Part shown: positions 53,497 through 64,000 of the stretch, one piece after another | How the letters are laid out: each line of letters starts with the position of its first letter | Numbering within the stretch: position 1 is the first letter of the stretch | NCBI GenBank assembly: GCA_951406725.2 | Contig: OX597823.1 | Span: 73,036,001 to 73,100,000 of the forward strand | DNA: 64,000 bases | Direction of reading: 5' to 3' | Source of the DNA: Octopus vulgaris | Lineage: Eukaryota | Translations under genes and position numbers: made by a program | Notes under the pieces: model-generated | Databases searched by the model: none | What the model was told of the DNA's origin: nothing | What the model saw: the letters and a program-made list of their open reading frames with translations, nothing else

Positions 53497-53892
53497 GGGG
53501 CAGTTGTGGCTATGTGGTAAGAAGTTTGCTTCTCCACCACATGGTGTCGGGTTCAGCCCCACTGCGTAGAATCTTGGCAAGTGCCTTCTACCATAGAATC
53601 GAGCGGATCAAAGCCTTGTGAGTGGAATTGGTAGATAGAAACTGAAAGAAGCCCGTCTCATTTATATGTATATGTGTATGCGTGCCTTTGTGCCAGTGTC
53701 TGACCCCCACTTCCATTGTTTGTGTATTTACGTCCCCGTAACTTAGCAGTTCGTCAAAAGTTTCGATAGAATAAGAAGTACCAGACTTAATAAAATAAGT
53801 CCTGGGGTCGATTTATTCGACTAGAAGCCTACAACGCATTGGTGCCCCAGCATGGTCGCAGGTAGTTGACCGAAACAGGTAAAAGATAAAAG
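53497..53892 (+). mobile_element. SINE family B copy
   Basis: Head, body and tail match 31175-31582. Confidence 0.85.
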
Positions 53893-56754
53893 ATATATTT
53901 TGGCATGTATTTCTCTGTACATCTCGTAAGAAATATAGTAGCACTGCAACCCTACTATTCTCTATCGTACTCTGCTCCGATTCACATCACTTGTCGATCT
54001 CCTTCGTCAGTACTTGATCAACTAGTTCGTCAGTCTTAATGCTGAAGTCATCCATACAAACGAATTTGTCACTATTTATTTACTCTCACTTGTTTACAAA
54101 AAGCAGGAATTTGTAGTCTATGTAGCTAACTAGTCAAAGTCTCAGATAACTTCAAACAATGCTAACGGACAAACCGATGATTGTGTATAAGACGCTGAGT
54201 ATGAAGTAAATAAGCCGATGTTTTCTTTTTCAAATCAACACTGGTGCAGCAAGAAAAATCCAAGCGAAATCTCAGTGAGTTGAAGCTTCTTGGGCAGGTT
54301 TGTGAACTTTTAAACCACTTTTACTTATATGCTACTAACATGCATCTTTTGAATGCATCTTCTACATACAAAACATGGAATTGCAAGACGAATTTTTATG
54401 AGACTCGGGTTACAAAATATCCCGAAGCACACTAGGAGGGAAGGCAATTAATGACAAAAATATCAGATACACGCAACCCGATCACCTTAAATATTTTTCA
54501 CACACTTGATCATATTCATTAGAAATATTGAACGAGGATTCCGTTAAAAGGTTTGTTTTATCGTCTTTTTACCAAGAAAAATTTTTGTAACCTCAAATAT
54601 TTTTCATTCACTGTGGTAATTCTTATTCAAGTCAGAAACGTTAAAGGATTTTTTTTTTCTTGTCTATGATACACTTTTTTTCCCGATCGAAAAAGCTTGA
54701 TGCGTTGCTCAATCTGTGATTAATAAAGATAATAATAATAATACTTCTTAAAACCCATGTTTTTATGTAGACCTCAATATTTGACCACTGGCTGGTCTAA
54801 TGACTGAAACAAGTGAAAGGTAAAAGACAAAAGACCACCTCAAATTCCCCATCCTTCTGAGGTATCACATGTATGGATCAAAGGACTCACATCTACCAAT
54901 ACGTTTTTCTGTCTTGTGTAGAATAGTTGTGTTATTTTGCTTGTTGCTCTTTTGCAAACATGTTGCTTGGCATTCTTATATTTCTCCATCATGTTTGACA
55001 TAAGAACTTCTATCATATCCTGGATCTACTTATCTACTTTTCCAACGCTTTCTGACGGACCTATATGGCGCTGAGCCATATTATATTTAGGCTGGCGTAG
55101 TTCATTATTGCTTGTGCAGCCTAGAATCTTTCATTTATATATGAATGGCATACTTCTAACAATAAACCACTTGACGATGACAACACACTATACTCTATTG
55201 ATTATTCATTCACAATTTTCATCAACACAATCTAAACACAAGACATAGTAGTATTTCCAATTTGAAAAGATACCCACATACGGGGATACAATTTCCTGTG
55301 CCGCAAAATTACATTCGTTATTCATCTGAAATAATCTTGCGCTGCATGCTTCCTTATAACTAAGTAGTACATAACATACGCTTTCAAAGTTGTTATTGTA
55401 GGATGCGAGGAAAATAACCATTTCTGTCAAACTCTTAATAACATCACATATAACACTTCAAAGTAGAATTATAAGAATATTCTTCTTCGAGGTTAGTAAT
55501 TCTTCCGCCTTGATCAGTTTCTTCTGACATATTTCAAACTTCAGATGTCACTAACATTAAATATTTTCATCAATCTGTGTTAAGGCTATTGATTATTTCT
55601 ACAAGTAAAAACACACAAAACTGAGTTTGTTAAAAAGCAATCTGTTGATTAGCAAACAGTCAGTCAGCAAACACTGTAACAAATGTTTTATATATTCATT
55701 ATTTCAACTATGACGGCTTCTGTGGCAAATAATTGTATATCTGTCTATTCACAAACGGAATCTGTATTTTGGTGTTTATGAACGTCCTTAATACCTTTTA
55801 CCGCTTTAAACTATTGCATAGTAACTGTCACTTTCCTCCAAACTCTAGTTACTAGTATGCGGGGAGCATATATATGTCCGTGATTAAAATGTTATTAAGC
55901 ATATTTTCCAAGCTTATTACAGGTTTTCTTCAGTCGAGTACAATGCAGTAAATATTTGAATACTTGATATTTTATTGCTAACAATGAAATCCAACATCAT
56001 AAAGGTTACTTTATAAGCTATAAAAGAGGATGAATGATGAGACGGGAAATATTCCCATAGAGATACTCAATCACAGTTTATATGGCGCTTTTGTATTCTT
56101 GTATTATAAAAAAGTGACTATGTTGTTAATTATGTGATTCAAAATATGCAGTTCACTAATGTTTATTGATGGTATCAGATGTTTGTGTTTTATTTCTCTT
56201 TTACAATATCAGGCTACAAATGTATTTTTGATATCTTCTGATGCCAAATTATGTTATTATATCATAGGGGCCGTGTGTAAACATAGCTTAGAAATTCAAA
56301 TCCATAAGATACTTTGAGAAATTAGTATGCTACCGACTAAAAGAGTAAAATAAGGAAACTGAGACCGAAATTTTGAAGCTCAGGCTCGTTTATTTTATGT
56401 TTCATGTTTCAGAATCATACGGAACTGATTTCTTCTAACTCTGCTATACTGATATGCATCCTGGTGCGTTTAAAAGAAGGTAAAGTAAGATTATAACACT
56501 TACTTGTTGCGTGGAGAGGAAAGGGCAGTGCCCATGGCTTTGCAAGACATTCTAGACACCCTAAACTGATAAAATGGATGGCATTAATGTTTCCTACCAA
56601 TTTTTATGAAAACTTGTGAGAAAAATTAGGGCAGGAATTCCAGAGGAGAAAGAATTTTTATATTCCAGTTTGTGGGGTTGTTCAATATATTTACCAGCGA
56701 ACACTAATCAAGCAGATATTTTTAATATTTATAATATAATGGATGGTGGAGTAA

Positions 56755-56960
56755 TATCAACTATGTTCCTTTCCTGGGAAAGGTAGAACCTGACATTTAT
56801 AGTTTAGCCTAAGACATAAGACTTGCAACAGAATGAACTCTGCTAAAGGTAGATAAGATACTGGTGGAGGTGTTATGCTGGAAATTAACAGTATCATCCT
56901 TAAGTGCAAAGCAGCCAATGTGGGTCTGCACAACTCCTGTTTGTTTAATTGTTCATTTCC
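56755..56960 (+). mobile_element. Possible LINE AP-endonuclease remnant
   Basis: FLGKVEPDI... and R*DTGGGVMLEI (DR...GGGV motif); decayed. Confidence 0.35.
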
Positions 56961-57059
56961 CACTCAAGGTCTGTATCGATCTGAGAATATAGATAAGGTG
57001 CCGAATATGGAACTAGGTGATTGGATGATTGTGGCGTAAACTTCATACGACTAATAAAC

Positions 57060-58690
57060 GCATACGACAAATAAACGCATGCAAGATAGCCACAGACATA
57101 ATAATCAAAGCCCCTACTCTTAATGATCTCAAACTGAGACCTATAATAGCTGGTGCCTCATATGAAACCCAGTGTCTCAGTAACTTTTTAGATACCCTCT
57201 TAAAACCACTCCTCGAGCATGCCAAAAGCTATATAAGAGACGAGCTGGGTATGCTCAATCACCTTCCTATAATAATAAAGAAAAACACCCTACTAGTATC
57301 CTTTAATGTAGTCAAATTCTATTCCAATATCCCCCACAACCTAGGAATAGAGGCAATTCAATTCTGGCTGGAGAATTACCCCCAGTGAACTCCCACATCG
57401 CATGAAAACAGAATTCGTGATAGAAGGGCTAAAATTCATCCTGGATAATAACTACTTCGTCTTCAAATACAACTTCTACCGACAAAAATCGGGGACTGTG
57501 ATGGGTACCAGAATCGCCCCTCCTTTTCTAACCTAGTCATGGGATGTCTAGAAATTAGTCTTTATCGTAAGGATCTAGAAAGATACGGCTCCCATTTTCC
57601 CTCTACATAGAAAATAACTGAAAGAGACACCTGGATGATTGTTTCATTCTTTGGTATGAACATGTAGAAAAACTTAAAGAATTCCAAGCACATTTAAATG
57701 AACTTGACGTAAACATTCAATTCACAATGGAATATAGCCAGCAACAACTTGCCTTCCCAGACGTCCTCATTAAGAAATCTAACAACGTAATTGAAACAAA
57801 TATATATACTATAAGCCTACAGACTCCAAGCAATATTTACCGTTCCACTCATGCCACTCCAGACACACCAGAATGAATATCCCATTGAACCTAGCAAAAA
57901 GGATATGTACTATAGTTTCTAATGCAATCACCAGAGACACACGACTACATGGACTAAAGGATACACTCATCACCAGAAACTACCCACCCTCACTAATTGA
58001 CATATGCTTTCAACGTGCCCTTCAACTCAACATCCAGGAACGCAAACATCCCAAATTAAAGAAGGATTTACAACCAAAAGCCCTACCATACACCTCCACA
58101 CACAACCCTCTCAACAACGAAGCATTTGACGCCATCCTTCAACACATTCCCCTGCTAAAAAGGGGCCACATAATGAACTTAGTACTCCAAACAGACACCA
58201 TCATAAAAAGCAAGAGACAGCCCAAATCTATGAAAAGTCTCCTAACACAAGCCCGAATACGCTCAAGAACACAGAAGCCGTCAGTAAAAAAATACAGAAG
58301 ACCCAACTGTGGGATATGCGTCAATTTAGTTGAGCGATGAGAGTTCTCCTTCAAACAGGGACAACGTTTCACAGCGAAAAGCAACTTCACATGTGCTTCG
58401 GAGAATATGATATACGCACTAACCTGCTCTGGCCAAACAAAAAACAGTCTACATAAAAGAATGGCTCTGCACAGATCCCAGATCAAAATTTCCCCAAAAC
58501 AGAAAAATAGCATTCAGCCAACACATAGACATTTGCGCCAATAACAAAAATCCAAGCTTCAGAATTTTCCCCCTCTACCAATTCAGGGACGATACAAACT
58601 GTAGCGAACGAGTAAAGAGACTCGCTTTAGTAAAGAGACTCGCTTTATTACAAAATACAGATACCTTTTGAACGCGTTTATAACAAACGA
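57060..58690 (+). mobile_element. Decayed Penelope-like retroelement (RT + GIY-YIG), second family
   Basis: LRPIIAG, LVSFNVVKFYSNIPH, FYRQKSGTVMG, HLDDCF, IQFTME, YYKPTDS, NIPLNLAKRICTIVS, RPNCGIC and NMIYALTC motifs across frameshifts. Confidence 0.9.
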
Positions 58691-59064
58691 TATATCCACC
58701 ACGGCCTTAGAATAACACAAATACACACGCAAATATTAAAAATGATACACTCAAGAGATTCCCGAGAATTTATTAAAAAACAGTCACAATCACTTCTATA
58801 ATCCATAACGAGTCAATTTTAGGTCACATGCCCATTTAACACCTTACTGCTATCATACTACCTATATTCCTTCTTATTCTCCCTTCTCTGTCTCCTTCTT
58901 CTTCTTCGTCTTCTTCATCTCCGCCACCTCCTTCCTAATTTTACCACTATTGCTATTTAGAATAAGACCTACGCAAAATTTATAAACGAAACATTCAAAA
59001 GAGATGTTTCAGGAATTCAATCACTACTGCCATCCACATCGGATCACTTGCGGGGCAGTTAACC

Positions 59065-59343
59065 ATCTTCTTCTTCTTCTCCTTCTTCTTCTTCTTCTTC
59101 TTCTTCTTCTTCTTCTTCTTCTTCTTCTCCTCCTCCTCCTCCTCCTCCTTCTTCTTCTTCTTCTTCTCCTTTATCTTCTTGTTCTTCTTCTTCTCCTTCT
59201 TCTTCTTCTTCTTCCTCCTCCTCCTCCTCCTCCTCCTTCTTCTTCTTCTCCTTTATCTTCTTCTTCTTCTTCTCCTCCTCCTTCTTCTTCTTCTTCTTCT
59301 TCTTCTCCTCCTCCTCCTCCTCCTTCTTCTTCTTCTTCTTCTT
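59065..59343. repeat. Polypyrimidine (CTT/CCT)n tract
   Basis: Read directly. Confidence 0.95.
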
Positions 59344-59594
59344 TCCGATCAAGAATTCACAACGACCTCGCACCCAAAAAAGTAAACAAGAGAGACTGAG
59401 AGAAACAGGCAGAAACAAGGAAAATGCCCCTTGTATTTGAACACTATGAAAATATTCTTTTAAAAAACTTTTGTTTTAATTTTTCCAAAATATAATTGTT
59501 TTCCATACTTACATTTGAAAAAGTTCCAATGACTGAAACGGGAACTGAAATGATTTTTAAAAAAATATTTTAGCATTTTCTATCTTGAGTTTTT

Positions 59595-59667
<73 letters not shown>

Positions 59668-60346
59668 AAGTTAAAAGTTATCGGTAAACGTTTTTGATTT
59701 TCACTCTCGATAAATTCATCCCCTTTTGTGTTCCCAGCACTCGGCATCTTAATTTAGGAGCCCTTAATTGTATAACTACATGAATAATATTTTTTCTATA
59801 TGAATAATATTTTGTCTTATGACTAATTCGTCTTTTGTGCTGGGCACCTGGTAGTAAATAATATTACTACCCTTCTTGTTTATATTCGTATATTACATGA
59901 TGGATTTATACGTAAAATTCTTCCCGGCATGCCCTATACTGCCGTGTAAATTTTGCGTCTGCGCAGAGATTTGAAAAGTTAAGATCTGCTAGTAGTCGGG
60001 TTCAACACATGGTCCCACATCGCTGCAGACCTCGATTAAATTTAGGCGACTCGCTGATGAAGCTAGCCTTAGCAAACATATTCTGTGTTTTGCTAGAAAG
60101 AAGCAGAAACCGCGGTTCGAGTTGTAAAAGTTATCGGTAAACGTTTTTGATTTTCACTCTCGATAAATTCTTCCCTTTTTGTGTTCCCAGCACTCGGCAT
60201 CTTAATTTAGGAGCCCTTAATTGTATAACTACATGAATAATATTTTTCTATATGAATAATATTTTTGTCTTATGACTAATTCGTCTTTTGTGCTGGGCAC
60301 CTGGTAGTAAATAATATTACTACCCTTCTTGTTTATATTCGTATAT
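59668..60346 (+). mobile_element. Non-coding 453-bp unit in 1.5-mer tandem containing a hammerhead (retrozyme / Penelope pseudo-LTR-like), inserted in (TA)n
   Basis: 59672-59893 is repeated at 60125-60346; the hammerhead lies immediately before the second copy; TA tracts on both sides. Confidence 0.8.
60046..60125 (+). ncRNA. Type I hammerhead ribozyme motif
   Basis: Helix I GCGACTCG/CGAGTTGT; CTGATGA at 60054-60060; helix II (A)GCT/AGC(A) plus inner hairpin TAGCAAACATA/TGTGTTTTGCTA; GAAA at 60106-60109; palindromic helix III ACCGCGGT; GUU site ending at 60117. Confidence 0.8.
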
Positions 60347-60361
60347 ATATATATATATATA

Positions 60362-61971
60362 CAGTTGCGGCCAAAATGTTCAGAACGGCATTGTTTTCGT
60401 CAGAAAAGTAGGTATAAGTTTTTATTAAAGTTGTTTTATATTCTATAATTTTCAAAGACAATAAATACGATATGAATTGGTATTGTCTGAGATTTTGGTG
60501 TAATTTGAATGGACAATACAAACGTTATGGATGATATAGTTATTTACTGCAAAACCTAAGGCGGCCAAAACGATTAGAACGGTTGAAAAAATAACAAAAT
60601 AATCAAAAAGTGACAGAGAGTGCTGGAATTATTTCATATTTAGTGTGAAGCCCTTTAGCTTTAATCAAAATTTGACATTTTTGACTGCATGGCGAAATTA
60701 AATTTTCAATTTTTTACTGGGTGATCTTATCCCGTTCTTCCCGAAGAGCATTTCATAATTGCTCGGTTGTTTTAGGATTTCTGGCTTTCAAACGTTCTCC
60801 TAGAATATTCCACACATTTTCAATAGGATTGAGATCTGGGCTTTGAGCAGGCCAATCCATATCAATAACCTTTTCAGCCTTGAGGAAGTTCATGACCACC
60901 TTAGCCTTGTGACATGGGGCATTGTCCTGCATGAATATGGGTGGTCGCATAGTTGAATTTCTCAGCACAGGCAAGACATGATCTTTTACAAGTTGTTTAT
61001 AAACTCCTGCATTTACATTTCCATGTAATCGCACCAAAGGGCCCACAACATCTCCAGATATCATCTCCCAAACCATGACACTTCCTCCACCGAATTTAAC
61101 ACTAGTCTTAAGGCATTTAGGTGACAATTTTCCACCTGCTTTTCGACGAACGTACTTTTTCCCATCTGAGTCAAATTACATATACTTAGATTCATCACTG
61201 AAATGCACCGTTCTTGAGACCACAACACATGTTCGGAGGCAAAGGTAAGACGACACTTTTTATTCTTGGAGCTGATCAGTGGCTTCACTGCAGGTGGTCT
61301 TGCTTGTAGGTCATGTTTAACTAAAGGACTAGACACAGTTTTTCGAGATAAAGTTTTCTTCAGTACAATGCTCATTTCCCGAGAAACAGCAGCAGCAGTT
61401 TTAAATCTGCCCTTTTTAACCAACTTTACCAAAGCGCGATCTTCTCTCTTGGTCGTTTTTCTTGGCCTACCTGTAGACTTTCTTGCTTCACACGAACCAA
61501 AATCATCGTAGACCTTAAGAATACCGTTAACAACACTTTTTGACTTGTTAACAATCTTTGCAATAGACCTAATACTTAAATTATCCTTCTTTCGAAGCTT
61601 AATAATCTGCTGACGAATTGGTAACGGAGTAAGTGGCTTTATATTAACAAAGTACACTGCAGATATTCTTATTAATGTTTAGTAAACGAACTGTCACGTA
61701 AACAAATTCAAAACATTAGAGTTCAACGGTTAAATATACTAAAACATGGAGTAAAAGCAACCGTTCTGATCATTTGTCCACCATGGGTTTTGCAGTAAAT
61801 CACTAAATCATGCATAACTTTTTTATTATCCTCTCAAATTACACCAAAATCTCAGACAATAACAAATAATATTGTATTTATTGTGAAAATTATAGAATAT
61901 AAAACAACTTTGATAAAAACTTATACCTACTTTTCTGACGAAAACATTGCCGTTCTGAACATTTTGGCCGC

Positions 61972-61976
<5 letters not shown>
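60362..61976 (-). mobile_element. Tc1 (DD34E) DNA transposon with ~225-bp IR/DR-type TIRs, inserted in (TA)n
   Basis: CAGTTGCGGCCAAAATGTTCAGAACGGCA... at 60362 and its reverse complement ending at 61976; TA flanks. Confidence 0.95.
60633..61657 (-). pseudogene. Tc1 transposase, frameshifted near 61210 with a premature stop at 60753
   Basis: Paired-like HTH and GRPRK, FSDESK, GGGSVMVW, QDNAPCH and SPDLNPIENVW; 34 residues counted between the second D and the E. Confidence 0.92.
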
Positions 61977-62041
<65 letters not shown>

Positions 62042-62695
62042 GTGTGTTCGAGTGTGTATGACGGGGTTCTGCGCAAATTTAATCTACCAATCACAAGTCA
62101 GATACTTGCTCAAGGGCATCTAACTGTTAATGACATGATTGGGGAAGGATATTCTTAATATCAAACCCATACCAATGAATGGCAAGTGCCAATAGCTATA
62201 CAAGATTATCTTCCAGTTGCTATAATTTGGTCTTGTATTTGAAACGGTGTTCGATCTACTTCAGGTTATCATGAAATCCACTTCGTAATAAAAGTGTTAT
62301 AGAATGGGGTGGGGTGCAATATCCAATATTTTCTTATATGATTATGAGTTTGATATTCGATTGCTAATATAATCTGTCACATTTTTTCTTAGTTATGGAT
62401 GAGTGATCAGAGCTGATTTAACATATAATATTTCTCCATTTGACATTCGATACATGTTACAGCTCAGTGGCGTTGAAATGTCAGGCCGTATCGATGAACT
62501 TCATTATTTTTAAGTTCAGCTTTATTGCAATTATTAGGTAAAACATTTTATACTCATTCCATTGTATGTGTACACACACATACAAAAAAACACATGCACA
62601 CACACACACACATGCACGAACTCACACACACATACACACATGCATAAATATGTGTGAAAACATTCATGCACTAACAAATATATCTACATTCATAA

Positions 62696-63045
62696 AGGCG
62701 GCGAGCTGGCAGAAACGTTAGCACGCCGGGCGAAATGCTTAGCAGTATTTCGTCTGCCGTTACGTTCTGAGTTCAAATTCCGCCGAGGTCGACTTTGCCT
62801 TTCATCCTTTCGGAGTCGATTAAGTAAGTACCAGTTACGCACTGGGGTCGATATAATCGGCTTAATCCCTTTGTCTGTCCTTGTTTGTCCCGTGTGTATT
62901 TAGCCCCTTGTGGGCAATAAAGAAATAAGAAAGGTTAGCACGCCGGGCGAATTTCGCCAAGGTCGACTTTTCTTTTCATCCTTTCGGGGTCGATAAATTA
63001 AGTACCAGTTGTGTACTGGGGTCGATCTAATCGACTAGCCCCCTA
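62696..63045 (+). mobile_element. SINE family A copy followed by a partial second unit
   Basis: Full copy at 62696-62930; deleted repeat of head and core at 62931-63045. Confidence 0.85.
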
Positions 63046-64000
63046 CTAATGTACTAATGATTAATATCCCGTTTTATACTACTATTGTACTAATTTTTGA
63101 ACGTGTAAATTGTTTGTTTTATAAGAGTGTAGTTTCGCAGGTAAAATCATCTATGAATTCTTTACAAGACTGTCTTGAGTAACTTACACTATATAATATT
63201 ATTCGTTTTGTTAAAAATTTAATTACGTCTCTTAGTAACAATTCGATTAGATTCTCAAGCACTGTGTTTTATTTTTGGTATCTTAGTAATAAAAAGTGGC
63301 CTGCTTTGGTGATAATATATCACGTTTATTTCTTTAGTATTAAAGCTTTTAGCTATTACTATCAACTGGCTTTTTGCCTTATTTAACAGAATGATATGAA
63401 CGAAAAATCATACTGCAATATCAATGCTAATATGGTAGTCGCTGCTATAAGATCAACAGTAGCAGCACTAGTTTCCATTCAGTGTTGATTCTTCTTATTA
63501 TTCTTGTATCAAGCGTTTGTATCACTGCACAATCTACTATTGAGTGACAGACTCTGATACGCATTAAAGGAATGTAAAACATAGAGTAAATGAGCGAAAT
63601 CTTAGTGAATAGATTTTAAAGCATATTTATCCATTAAGTCGAAATTGTTGCTAGGGTAACAGCTGATGCTGGGGAGATATTATGGACTTTCATTTAAATA
63701 GAATACGACTTAACTCTCATCAATAACATTCAACAGATGAGAACCAATAGAATATCGATGGAATCTGCTTCAGTAACAGAACACAACTACCAAACAGAAC
63801 GATATAGAGCGATAATTGATTGCAGAAGTCCGTCAATAATGCGATATAATGAGCAAAATGTATTGCGATTACTACTACTTCTACCACTACGTAAATTATT
63901 GATTTTACTCTAGAAACAAGATCATTTTTTTTCTTTTTTTTTTAAGCGACAATTACACATTCGATTAAAATATCTTCGATGAATTTCTGACATCTTTTTT

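Overview
This is AT-rich, repeat-saturated eukaryotic (animal) DNA. The repeat repertoire suggests an octopus/cephalopod intergenic or intronic region, which is an inference. No host gene exon could be supported, and nearly all listed ORFs are microsatellite or antisense artefacts. The window holds two tRNA-derived SINE families, a young 5'-truncated CR1-type LINE with an intact RT frame, other LINE fragments (CR1 3' end, two R4/Dong-type ends in microsatellites), two decayed Penelope-like elements (RT + GIY-YIG), a near-complete IR/DR Tc1 (DD34E) element, many mariner remnants, a decayed Helitron, and a 2-kb element with ~217-bp terminal inverted repeats. The main observation is a set of type I hammerhead ribozyme motifs that the ORF track cannot show (about 1.2, 6.3, 36.9, 37.2 and 60.05 kb). 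They come from at least four unrelated sequence families, each with a palindromic helix III and an unusually long helix II, and they sit in short non-coding units that are mostly inserted in or next to microsatellites. One unit is a 1.5-mer of a 453-bp repeat whose 5' end falls at the predicted cleavage site (retrozyme/circular-RNA signature). Another is a foldback with two ribozymes on opposite strands and inverted-duplicated flanks. All coordinates were read by eye, and element boundaries are approximate.
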